Of a DNA stretch of 64,000 nt, positions 47,680 through 56,409 are shown piece by piece. The translations under genes were made by a program, and so were the position numbers. The stretch comes from Candidatus Marinacidobacterium sp. (GTDB taxonomy: Bacteria > Acidobacteriota > Vicinamibacteria > Marinacidobacterales > Marinacidobacteraceae): assembly GCA_965204755.1 (NCBI GenBank), contig OZ242011.1, positions 1,440,001-1,504,000 on the forward strand. Reading direction: 5' to 3'. The notes under the pieces are model-generated. The model saw only the letters and a program-made list of their open reading frames with translations, made no database searches and was not told the origin of the DNA. Positions within the stretch are counted from its first letter, which is position 1; every line of letters starts with the position of its first letter.

Positions 47680-48495
47680 TCAGGGATTCGCCCGGGCTAC
47701 CCGGATGCTGCCGTTCACGGTGCGGACCCGGCACTCGCCGCCGCCTTCGCCGACCCGCACCCGCTTCCGGCGCCGCGTCGGCGTCGAGAGGTTCTCCGCG
47801 TCGGGAATCTCGAACTCCACCCGGCCGTTCACCGCGCGGGCGTCCACTTCCCCCTGCGCCTCCGGCCCCAGCGTCAACTGCACCCGGCCGTTCACCGTGT
47901 GGAAGGCGTGCCGCTCGCCCCGGGCGAAGCGGGACAACTCGGTGTCGATGTGGCCGTTGACCGTCTTGGCGTTCACGCTGCCGCGGTGGCCGTTCAGGGT
48001 GAGCGAACCGTTCACCGTCTGCGCGGCCAGTTCGCCGTCGAACCCTTCGGCATCGATCGTTCCGTTGACCGTCTCGATCCTCAGGTTCGCCCGCCGCGGC
48101 AGCCGCACCGAGTAGCGGACGCTGCCCTGCTGGCGGCCCCACCGGCGGCGGCGGTCGGAGCGCGTCCGGACCCGCACTCCGTCGCCGGTCCGCTCGACTT
48201 CGACCTTCAGGTTCCGCAGCGCCGCCTCGCTCGGCCCCACCTTGCGCGCGGTGATCTCCGCTTCCCGGCGGTCCCAGGCCTTCAGCGAGATCCACCCGTT
48301 GGTGTTCTTGATGTCGAAGGTGTCGCCGTCCTCGAAGGCCTCGGTGAAGGTCTCGATCTCCTCGGCGTTGGGCTCGCCGTGGAACGACACCCCCGCGCAG
48401 GCGGAGAGCGCCGGCGCGAGGAGGAGCGGGAGCAGCGCCCGGCGGGGGCCGGCGGCTCCCTCTCCCCGGAGGAACGGGGGGGGCGACTCCGTCAT
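47680..48495 (-). CDS. DUF4097 beta-strand repeat lipoprotein (putative adhesin)
   Basis: Lipobox LSAC; repeated TVNG motifs. Confidence 0.8.
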   Translation of the reverse strand: MTESPPPFLRGEGAAGPRRALLPLLLAPALSACAGVSFHGEPNAEEIETFTEAFEDGDTFDIKNTNGWISLKAWDRREAEITARKVGPSEAALRNLKVEVERTGDGVRVRTRSDRRRRWGRQQGSVRYSVRLPRRANLRIETVNGTIDAEGFDGELAAQTVNGSLTLNGHRGSVNAKTVNGHIDTELSRFARGERHAFHTVNGRVQLTLGPEAQGEVDARAVNGRVEFEIPDAENLSTPTRRRKRVRVGEGGGECRVRTVNGSIRVARANP

Positions 48496-48647
48496 GACGG
48501 GAGACGGTTACGGCCGGGGCGGAAAAAGGTTCCGCCCCGGTTTCCCGTATTCTCCGGGCCTTCCGCGTCCCTCCCTCCGCCGGGGGCGGCGGCCCCGATC
48601 GGGCGCCCGGTCGGCCGGCCCGCGCCCGAGGCGCCCGCCTTCGCCCG

Positions 48648-49943
48648 ATGCCGACCCTCCCCAATCTCTCCAGTCTCCCGAACTCCCCGGCGCTGCTGCC
48701 GCCGATCTTGCCGGTCCTCCTGTCAGCGGTCCTGTCCATCGCCGCGGCCGGTCTCGTTTCGGCCTCGGCGGCGGCCGCCGGCCAGCCGAACGCCCGGCCC
48801 CGGGCGCGGGACATCGGGCTCGCGCCCGGCGTGCTCCCGACCGGGCCGGAGAACGCGATCACCGATGTCCCCGGGGTGCTGGTGGGGCAGGTGACGCTCC
48901 GGGAAGGCGACTCGGTGCGCACCGGCGTCACCGCGATCCTGCCGCACGACGGGAACCTCTTCCAAGAGAAGGTCCCCGGCGCGGTCCACATCGGGAACGC
49001 CTTCGGCAAACTGGCCGGCTCGACCCAGGTCGTGGAACTGGGAACGATCGAGACGCCGATCGTGCTCACCAACACGCTCTCGGTCTGGGATGCGGCGCGG
49101 GCGGTGGTGACGCATGCGCTCGGGCTCCCCGGGAACGAGACGGTCCGGTCGGTGAACCCCTTGGTGGGCGAAACCAACGACGGGTACCTGAACGACATCC
49201 GCGGGCGCCATGTGCGGGAAGAGCATGTGCTCCGGGCGATCGCCGAAGCCGCCTCCGGCCCGGTCGCCGAGGGTTCGGTGGGCGCGGGGACCGGGACTTC
49301 GGCGTTCGGCTGGAAGGGAGGCATCGGCACCTCGTCGCGGCGCCTGCCGGAGGCGCTCGGCGGCTACACGGTGGGCGCGCTGGTCCAGAGCAACTACGGC
49401 GGCGTGCTCATGATGGACGGGCTGCCGGTGGGCGAGGAACTCGACCGCTACTTCCTCCGCGGCGCGCTCTCGCGGGCGGACGCCGCCGGCGGCGGAGCGG
49501 CCGAACCGGAGGACGAATCCGACTACGCCGAGGAGAATCCCGACGGCTCCATCATGATGGTGCTCGCCACCGACGCCCCGATCCGTTCGCCGGGACTGAC
49601 CCGGCTGGCCCGCCGCGCGATGCTCGGCCTCGCCCGCACCGGCGCCACTTCCTCGCACGGCAGCGGCGACTTCGTGATCGCGTTCTCCGCGGCGCCGTCG
49701 CTCGTGAGCGCGTTCGACTCCGAGTCCCCGCTGGAGACCGGCGGCGTACTGCGCGGCGACCGGCTCTCGCCGCTCTTCCAGGCGGCCATCGAGTCCACCG
49801 AGGAAGCGGTGTACAACTCGATGCTGCGGGCTACGACGGTTACCGGGCGGAACGGGCACACCCGCGAGGCGATCCCGATCGAAGAGGTGCTGGCGGTGGG
49901 GCGGAAGTACAACCGGCTCCACCCGCCCGATCCTCCCCGGTGA
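48648..49943 (+). CDS. DmpA/P1-family (S58) aminopeptidase, exported
   Basis: NAITDVPGV, GETNDGYLNDI, EGSVGAGTG, QSNYG, DGSI autoprocessing site, HGSGDF. Confidence 0.9.
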   Translation: MPTLPNLSSLPNSPALLPPILPVLLSAVLSIAAAGLVSASAAAAGQPNARPRARDIGLAPGVLPTGPENAITDVPGVLVGQVTLREGDSVRTGVTAILPHDGNLFQEKVPGAVHIGNAFGKLAGSTQVVELGTIETPIVLTNTLSVWDAARAVVTHALGLPGNETVRSVNPLVGETNDGYLNDIRGRHVREEHVLRAIAEAASGPVAEGSVGAGTGTSAFGWKGGIGTSSRRLPEALGGYTVGALVQSNYGGVLMMDGLPVGEELDRYFLRGALSRADAAGGGAAEPEDESDYAEENPDGSIMMVLATDAPIRSPGLTRLARRAMLGLARTGATSSHGSGDFVIAFSAAPSLVSAFDSESPLETGGVLRGDRLSPLFQAAIESTEEAVYNSMLRATTVTGRNGHTREAIPIEEVLAVGRKYNRLHPPDPPR

Positions 49944-51094
49944 AGCCCTGGCGCATCGCCGGCGCCGGGCCTTCCGGGCTGGCGGCGGCGATCGCGCTCG
50001 CCGACCGGGGGCACGCGGTGGAGGTCTTCGAGCGGCGCCGCGCGGTGGGAACCCGGTTTCCCGGCTCCTTGCAGTTGCTGGACAACTTCACCTTCCCCGG
50101 CGACTCGCTGGAGGAGGTGCGCGGGCTGGGGATCGAGCCGGAGGGGTTCGTCCGGGGCCGATTCTTCGGCGCCCGGTTCTTCGCCCGGCGGGGAGGCCGG
50201 GGCGCCGGCGGCGCCGGGCGGCTCTCGAGCGCCGACCTGTCCGGCCGGGAGCCCTACGGCTACTGCGTCCGGCGGGGGCCGGAACCCGGCAGCCTCGACC
50301 ACGACCTGGCGCGGCAGGCGGAGGCGCGGGGCGTCTCGCTGCGCTTTTCCGAGCCTCTCGACCCGGCCGAGGCGGACATCGCGGCGGTCGGGCCGCGCGA
50401 GGCGGACGGGATCGCCGCCGAACAGCACTTCACCACCGAAGCCGCCGACCGGCTCGAAGTGCTCTGGGACGAGTCCATCTTCCCCGGAGGGGGTTACGCC
50501 TACCGCATCGTGAGCGGCGGGCGGGGCATCGTGGCCGCCGCGCTCATCGGCGCGACCGACCGGCCGCAGGGCAGCGGCGACGAGCGGCTGCGCCGCAGCG
50601 CCGAGTTCTTCCAGGAGCGCGACCCCATGCCGATGGAATGGGGCCCGGTGCGCTGGTCGCGGGTGAACTTCTACCTCTGCGACTTCGGCCGGGCCGGGCC
50701 GCTCCTTCCCGGCGAAGCCGGCGGCCTCATCGACTACACCGCCGGGTTCGGCATCCGCACCGCCCTGGTGTCCGGGCACCTGGCGGGAGTCAGCCTGGCG
50801 GAGGGGGGCGGCTACGAGGAACGCATCCGGAAGCGGTTCGGGCGGAGCGTGGCCGGGGCGATCGTCACCCGGCTCTTCATCGAGCGGTTCGGGTTCGGCC
50901 CGTTCCTGGCCCTCGCCGCCCGGTCGGACTTCCGCCGGTTCGCCGCGAGGTTCGCCGGCCCGAACCTCGGCCGGGCCCTGCTCGCCCCGCTGGCCCGGCG
51001 GCGGTTCGGGCGGGCGGCCCGGTGCCACCACCTGGGTCCTTGCCGCTGGTGCCGACCGAGGCCCTGGCGGCGCGAAGAGCCGGCTCCCGGTTGA
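49940..51094 (+). CDS. FAD-dependent oxidoreductase (geranylgeranyl-reductase-like)
   Basis: GTGA overlap; IAGAGPSG..VFE, GGYAY, GEAGGLID..GFGIR..SG; C-terminal CHH..C..C. Confidence 0.75.
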   Translation: MKPWRIAGAGPSGLAAAIALADRGHAVEVFERRRAVGTRFPGSLQLLDNFTFPGDSLEEVRGLGIEPEGFVRGRFFGARFFARRGGRGAGGAGRLSSADLSGREPYGYCVRRGPEPGSLDHDLARQAEARGVSLRFSEPLDPAEADIAAVGPREADGIAAEQHFTTEAADRLEVLWDESIFPGGGYAYRIVSGGRGIVAAALIGATDRPQGSGDERLRRSAEFFQERDPMPMEWGPVRWSRVNFYLCDFGRAGPLLPGEAGGLIDYTAGFGIRTALVSGHLAGVSLAEGGGYEERIRKRFGRSVAGAIVTRLFIERFGFGPFLALAARSDFRRFAARFAGPNLGRALLAPLARRRFGRAARCHHLGPCRWCRPRPWRREEPAPG

Positions 51095-51972
51095 CGCCGA
51101 CTTCGCTCTCCGCCGCCGAGCGGCTCTGCCGGCGGGTGGCGCACCGCGCCGGGCCGAACTTCTCGGTGGGGTTCCGGCTGCTGCCGCCGGCCAAGCGGCG
51201 CGCCGTGTACGCGGCGTACGCGTTCTGCCGTTTCGTGGACGACGAGGTGGACGAGGCCGCGGGCCGGGGAGAGCGCGGCGGGGGCATCGAAGACGCGCTC
51301 GACCGCTGGCAGCGCGAACTCGACTGCGTGTACCGGGGCGCCCCGGAGCGCCCGGTGGGGCGGGCGCTCGCCGCCGCCCTCGACCGGTTCCCGGCGCCGA
51401 AGGCGGCGTTCGAAGGCCTGATCGCCGGCTGCCGGCTCGACCTGTCCAAGACGCGGTACGCGAACTTCGACGAGTTGCTCGAGTACTGCCGGTTGGTGGC
51501 CGGGACGATCTCCACGATCTCGCTGGCCATCTTCGGCGCGTCGGACCCGGAGGCGGCGGAGCGGGCGGGCGACCACCTCTCCACCGCGTTCCAACTCACG
51601 AATGTGCTGCGCGATGTCGGGGAAGACCTCCGGGAGCGCGACCGCATCTACCTCCCGCTCGACGAACTCGGAAGGTTCGGAGTCGCAGAAGACGACCTTC
51701 GCCGCGGAGAGATCACGGAAGGAGTCGCCGCCCTGCTGCGATTCCAGTTGGAGCGGGCGCGCGACTACTACCGCCGCGCCGAACCGGTTCTCGGCCTCAT
51801 CGAAGAAGACGCCCGCCGCTGCGCCTGGCTGATGGGAAGGGTCTATCTCGCCGTCCTCGACCGCATCGAAGCGAGCGGCTACGCGGTCTTCGGCCCCCGC
51901 ATCGGCCTCTCCCCCGCGGCCAAACTCGCCCTGGTGGCCCGAAGCCTCCCCGCCGACCTCACCCGCTGGTGA
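51091..51972 (+). CDS. Phytoene/squalene synthase family protein (HpnD/CrtB-like)
   Basis: TTGA overlap; YAFCRFVDDEVD, YCRLVAG, QLTNVLRDVGED, RIYLP. Confidence 0.9.
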   Translation: MTPTSLSAAERLCRRVAHRAGPNFSVGFRLLPPAKRRAVYAAYAFCRFVDDEVDEAAGRGERGGGIEDALDRWQRELDCVYRGAPERPVGRALAAALDRFPAPKAAFEGLIAGCRLDLSKTRYANFDELLEYCRLVAGTISTISLAIFGASDPEAAERAGDHLSTAFQLTNVLRDVGEDLRERDRIYLPLDELGRFGVAEDDLRRGEITEGVAALLRFQLERARDYYRRAEPVLGLIEEDARRCAWLMGRVYLAVLDRIEASGYAVFGPRIGLSPAAKLALVARSLPADLTRW

Positions 51973-52100
51973 AGGTCAGCCGGGCCGATACTTCCGGCCT
52001 CGCGTCTCGCCGGCGCAGCGCCCGGATAGTCGGCCTCGATTCCCCCGCCATACATTCGGAAGCCGCATGGCGGGCGGCGCAGCGGAGAGACGCCGTTCGT

Positions 52101-52556
52101 TCACCAAGACGATTCGACGAGGCGCTCGAGGCGGTCCGTCAGCAGTTCCCACCCGCGGCGAGCGGTCAAGTCGAGCGCGTCGAGCAGGTCGTCTCCCGAA
52201 GCGAGATCCACGGAGTGCCATTCCGCCGCGCCGGTGACCAGGTCCACTTCGACATTCACCTCGGTCGAACCGAGCGACCATTCCAACTGTGCGCCGCCGG
52301 CGAGAGTCGGATAGATGCGGGGCGGCGGCAACCGCTCCGGGTAGTCCTCGTCGAAGCGCGCCGCGAACCGGTCGAGTCCTGCCGGAGAGGGCGCCCGTCC
52401 CTGTCCGTCGAGCCAGCCGTCCCGGAGGGCGCGCAGCGCCTGCCACTGCGCGGCGACGGGAGTCGAATCGCGCGTTTCGAGGTCCGCTTCGCGGCGGCGC
52501 CCGCCCGGCCGGGACCTCCGGTTCCGCGACTCCGGAACTCCGCTTCGGTTCGCCAA
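52101..52556 (-). CDS. Hypothetical protein (LRDGWLDG..P motif)
   Basis: Protein-like composition (GWLDGQGRAP, IYPTLAGGAQLEW); TACGAT box 10 nt upstream of TTG 52556; start uncertain. Confidence 0.55.
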   Translation of the reverse strand: MANRSGVPESRNRRSRPGGRRREADLETRDSTPVAAQWQALRALRDGWLDGQGRAPSPAGLDRFAARFDEDYPERLPPPRIYPTLAGGAQLEWSLGSTEVNVEVDLVTGAAEWHSVDLASGDDLLDALDLTARRGWELLTDRLERLVESSW

Positions 52557-52700
52557 TCGATCCGCGATCGTAGCGGGAGGCGCCCCGAGCGGTGGGCGCG
52601 CAGGGTTTCGAACGACTCGACGGCCCTGCGTTCCCGAAAGCCCGCCCGGCAGTCCCGGCCGCGGCCCGCTCCCGGGTCGGCATCGGGTACCGTCCGGGCG

Positions 52701-54062
52701 ATGCTCTACCGATCGTTGAACCCCGCGACCGAGGAACTGCTGGCCGAGTTCGACACCTCGACGCCCGGCGAGATCGAGATCGCCCTGCAGAGCGCGGAGC
52801 GGGTCTTCTCGGACTGGCGGCGGACGCCGTTCGCCGAGCGGCGGCGGGTGAACGAGCGGCTCGCGGGCCTGCTCGAAGCGCAGGCGGACGACCTGGCGCG
52901 GCTCATGGCCGAGGAGATGGGGAAACCGCTGGCCCAGGGCGTGGCGGAGGCGCAGAAGTGCGCCTGGGTGGCGCGGCACTACGCGGAGACCGGGGAGAGG
53001 GCGCTTCGCCCCCGCCCGCTCGAGTCCGACGGGAGCGAGACCCGGCAGCAGTTCGAACCCCTCGGGCCGCTGTTCGCGGTCATGCCGTGGAACTTCCCGT
53101 TCTGGCAGGTCATCCGGGTGTCGGCGGCGAACTTCCTCACCGGCAACCCGATGCTGCTGAAACACGCGCCGTCCGTCCCCCGCTGCGCGTTGCGCATCGT
53201 CCGGCTCTACGCGGAGGCCGGGGCGCCGGACGGCCTGATCGGGAACCTCTTCCTGACGAACGAACAGGCGGCGGCCTGCATCGCCGATCCGCGGGTGCGG
53301 GCGGTGACCCTGACCGGGAGTTCCCGGGCGGGGAGCGAAGTCGCCGCGGAGGCCGGCCGCGCGCTGAAGCCGATGGTCGCCGAACTCGGCGGGAGCGATC
53401 CGTTCGTCGTTTTCGACGACGCCGACCTCGCCGAGGCGGCCGCCGCCGGCGCGGGAGCGCGGCTCATCAACTCCGGCCAGAGTTGCATCGCCGCCAAGCG
53501 GTTCCTGGTCCAGCGGAGCGTCTTCGACGACTTCGCCGCGAAGTTCACCGAGCGCATCGCCGGCGCTCCCGTCGGGCATCCGGCGGACCCGGCCACCGAG
53601 GTCGGGCCGCTGGCCCGCGAAGACCTGCGCGACCGGCTGGAAGACCAGGTCGCCCGGTCCGTGGCCGCCGGAGCGGAAGTCCTCCAGCGCGGCGAAGCGC
53701 CCGAAGTCGGCTACTACTCCGCGACCGGCGTGCTCGGCGGCGCTCGCCCCGGCGCTCCCGCCTGGAGCGAGGAACTCTTCGGCCCGGTGGCCGTGCTCCT
53801 GCCGTTCGAGGACGAACGCCAGGCGGTCGAGATCGCGAACGCGACGCCCTACGGGCTCGGTTCCTCGCTGTGGACCTCCGACCCGGCGCGGGCGGAGCGG
53901 CTGATCCCCGAGATCGAGGCCGGCGCGGTGTTCGTGAACGGCATCACCAAGTCCGATCCGCGCGTTCCCTTCGGCGGCGCGAAGTCGTCCGGTTTCGGAC
54001 GCGAGTTGGGAACCGACGGCCTCACCGAGTTCACGAACCGCAAGACCGTCTGGATCCGCTGA
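52701..54062 (+). CDS. NAD(P)-dependent succinate-semialdehyde dehydrogenase family aldehyde dehydrogenase
   Basis: MPWNFP, LKHA, TGS, ELGGSDP, GQSCIAAKR, EELFGPV; ATG 52701. Confidence 0.92.
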   Translation: MLYRSLNPATEELLAEFDTSTPGEIEIALQSAERVFSDWRRTPFAERRRVNERLAGLLEAQADDLARLMAEEMGKPLAQGVAEAQKCAWVARHYAETGERALRPRPLESDGSETRQQFEPLGPLFAVMPWNFPFWQVIRVSAANFLTGNPMLLKHAPSVPRCALRIVRLYAEAGAPDGLIGNLFLTNEQAAACIADPRVRAVTLTGSSRAGSEVAAEAGRALKPMVAELGGSDPFVVFDDADLAEAAAAGAGARLINSGQSCIAAKRFLVQRSVFDDFAAKFTERIAGAPVGHPADPATEVGPLAREDLRDRLEDQVARSVAAGAEVLQRGEAPEVGYYSATGVLGGARPGAPAWSEELFGPVAVLLPFEDERQAVEIANATPYGLGSSLWTSDPARAERLIPEIEAGAVFVNGITKSDPRVPFGGAKSSGFGRELGTDGLTEFTNRKTVWIR

Positions 54063-54131
54063 GCGGCGCCGCCGCCCTTCGCCGCGCGGCGCGCCGGCGG
54101 AGCGGCTATCCCGCCGCCGGACGCCGCCGGT

Positions 54132-54821
54132 TCACAGCGGCCAGGCCTCCTGCCGCCAGGCCATGTCCCAGAACATCCACTCGTAACGGGAAGTCATGGC
54201 GAAGTGCCGGGCCATCGCCCGGCGGGCGGCGTCGCCGAGGTCTTCCGCGGTCCGGTCGGTGAGGGCCACCACCCGCTGCACCACCGCGTCGTACTCCGCG
54301 CTGCCGTAACTCTCGATCCACCGCCGGTAGAGCGGGTCGGGAGACGGCGGGCGCCCCAGCAGTTCCTTGCCGACTTCCGCGTAGATCCAGTAGCAGGGGA
54401 GCACCGCGGCGAGGCCCTCGTGGAAGGGCCGGGAGTGGACCTGCGAGAGGAAGTAGGCGGTGTACGCCTGGTTCGTCGGCGCCGGCTGCCGGGAGAACAA
54501 CTCCTCCCGGGCGCCTCCGAGTTCCTCGAGGAACGCGCCGAGTTGTTCCCGTTCGCCCTTCACGGTCTCGACGGCGTCGCCGCAGAGCGCCTCGGTGATG
54601 TCCGGGTGCGGCGCCTTGCCGCCGAGGATCGCCACCGCGCGTGCGAAGTCGTGCAGGTAGAGCGCGTCCTCGATCACATAGAAGCGGAACACCTGCCGGT
54701 CGAGCGTCCCGTCCGCGAGGCCGGCCAGGAACGGATGCCGCAGGATCTCCGAGTAGATGGGCTCGATCCCGGCCCACAGCCGGGAAGTGAACGAATCCGG
54801 GGTCTCGGGAGCGCCGCTCAT
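54132..54821 (-). CDS. tenA: Thiaminase II / TenA
   Basis: HPFLAGLADGTL, FYVIEDALYL, LPCYWIY, YEWMFWDMA. Confidence 0.9.
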   Translation of the reverse strand: MSGAPETPDSFTSRLWAGIEPIYSEILRHPFLAGLADGTLDRQVFRFYVIEDALYLHDFARAVAILGGKAPHPDITEALCGDAVETVKGEREQLGAFLEELGGAREELFSRQPAPTNQAYTAYFLSQVHSRPFHEGLAAVLPCYWIYAEVGKELLGRPPSPDPLYRRWIESYGSAEYDAVVQRVVALTDRTAEDLGDAARRAMARHFAMTSRYEWMFWDMAWRQEAWPL

Positions 54822-54845
54822 CGCGCCGGATGCTAACCCCGCTCC

Positions 54846-56375
54846 TCAGCCCAGGACCACCGGCGCCCAGAAGACGGCGAACAGGCTGGCGAGGACGGCG
54901 CCGATCAGGTTGGCGCCGATGCCGGCGCGCACCATCTGCGGGATCCGGAACTGGCCGGTGCCGAACACGATGGCGTTCGGGGGCGTCGCCGCCGGCAACA
55001 TGAACGCGCAGGAAGCGGCCACCGTGGCCGGGGCGAGCAGGGTCAGCGGGGCGATCCCCGCCGAGACTTCGACCGCGGCCAGGATCGGCAGGATCATCGC
55101 CACCGACGCCAGGTTGGACGCGAACTCGGTGAGCAGGATCACGAAGAGCACCACGAGAACCACGAATACCGGCAGGGGCAGCGCCGAAGCGGCGGCGAGC
55201 CGGCGGCCGAGGAACTCGGAGAGGCCGCTCACTTCGATCCCGTTCGCCAGCGCGAACCCGCCGCCGAACAGGAGCAGCACATCCCAGGGGATGGCCCGGC
55301 CCCACTCCCAATTCAGGATGCGCTCGCGCCCGGCGTCCGCGGCGCGGACCGCGGCCCCGCCGGGAGGAGGATTCCCGGGCGCCGAGGCAGAGGCCCCGGC
55401 GGGGAGGAGGAAGCAGAGGACGGTGGCGGCCATGGCGATCGTGGAGTCGGTGATCAGTTCGCCGTTCGGCACGAAGGCCGTCCAGACCGGACGGAACATC
55501 CAGGCGAGCGCGGTGCTCCCGAAGAGGACCGCCAAGCGGCGCTCCGGCGTGGAAAACGGCCCCAGGCGTTCGTATTCGGCGCGGACCGGGGCGAGGCCGC
55601 CGGGCAACTCCCGCAGCCGCAAGGGGAACGCGATACGCGTCAGCCAGAGCCAGACCGCCGGCAGGAACAGCAGGGTCAGCGGCAGCGCGAAGGCGAGCCA
55701 TCTCCCGAAGCCGATGTCGATGCCGTACTCGTCGTGGGCGAACCCGGACAGGAACACATTCGGCGGCGTGCCGATGAGCGTGGCGAAGCCGCCGATGGAA
55801 GACCCGTAGGCGCAGCCGAGCATCAGGCAGACCGCGAAGGGCGAGCCGGCGGTCGCCGCCGCGAGCCCCCCGCCGGCGGCGGAACCCCCTTCCCGCGCGC
55901 GTTCCGCGGCGGCCACTTCGCGGATCACGGCGACGCCGATGGGCATCATCATCGCGGTGGTGGCGGTGTTCGAGACCCACATGGACAAGAACCCGGACGC
56001 CGCCATGAACCCCAGGACGATCCGCGCCGGCGAGCCCCCGATCGCCAGCACGATCCGCAGCGCCAGCCGCCGGTGGAGGTTCCACCGCTGCATCGCCTGC
56101 GCCAGCATGAACCCGCCGAGGAACAGGTACACCAAGTGGTTCGCGTAGGGCGCGGCGGCCTCCCCGGCGGTGGCGAGGCCGAACGCCGGCAGGAGGACCA
56201 GCGGCAGGAGCGAAGTCACCGCGAGCGGCGCGGCCTCGGTGACCCACCAGGCGGCCATCACCGCGGCCACCGCCAGCATCAGCCGCGGTTCGGAAGGAAG
56301 GCCGGGGATCGGGACCGCGGCGAGCCCGACCAGCAGGCCGAGGCCCAGGACCAGCCCGACGCGCTGCCGGGTCAT
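54846..56375 (-). CDS. SLC13/DASS sodium:anion symporter
   Basis: SMWVSNTAT, GTPPN, TEFASN, ATPPNAIVF. Confidence 0.92.
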   Translation of the reverse strand: MTRQRVGLVLGLGLLVGLAAVPIPGLPSEPRLMLAVAAVMAAWWVTEAAPLAVTSLLPLVLLPAFGLATAGEAAAPYANHLVYLFLGGFMLAQAMQRWNLHRRLALRIVLAIGGSPARIVLGFMAASGFLSMWVSNTATTAMMMPIGVAVIREVAAAERAREGGSAAGGGLAAATAGSPFAVCLMLGCAYGSSIGGFATLIGTPPNVFLSGFAHDEYGIDIGFGRWLAFALPLTLLFLPAVWLWLTRIAFPLRLRELPGGLAPVRAEYERLGPFSTPERRLAVLFGSTALAWMFRPVWTAFVPNGELITDSTIAMAATVLCFLLPAGASASAPGNPPPGGAAVRAADAGRERILNWEWGRAIPWDVLLLFGGGFALANGIEVSGLSEFLGRRLAAASALPLPVFVVLVVLFVILLTEFASNLASVAMILPILAAVEVSAGIAPLTLLAPATVAASCAFMLPAATPPNAIVFGTGQFRIPQMVRAGIGANLIGAVLASLFAVFWAPVVLG

Positions 56376-56409
56376 GCGGCGGCCCCCCGCGCCGACCGCC
56401 GACCGCCGC

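Noticed and set aside
48242-54062. Apparent large fusions in the ORF track (48242-51094, 50638-51972, 35369-37522, 14849-17596, 59558-61684)
   Set aside because: The N-terminal parts overlap other genes; real starts lie at stop/start overlaps or SD sites downstream.
54822-54845. TPP riboswitch upstream of tenA
   Set aside because: The gap is only 24 nt, contains a -10 box, and has no room for the aptamer.
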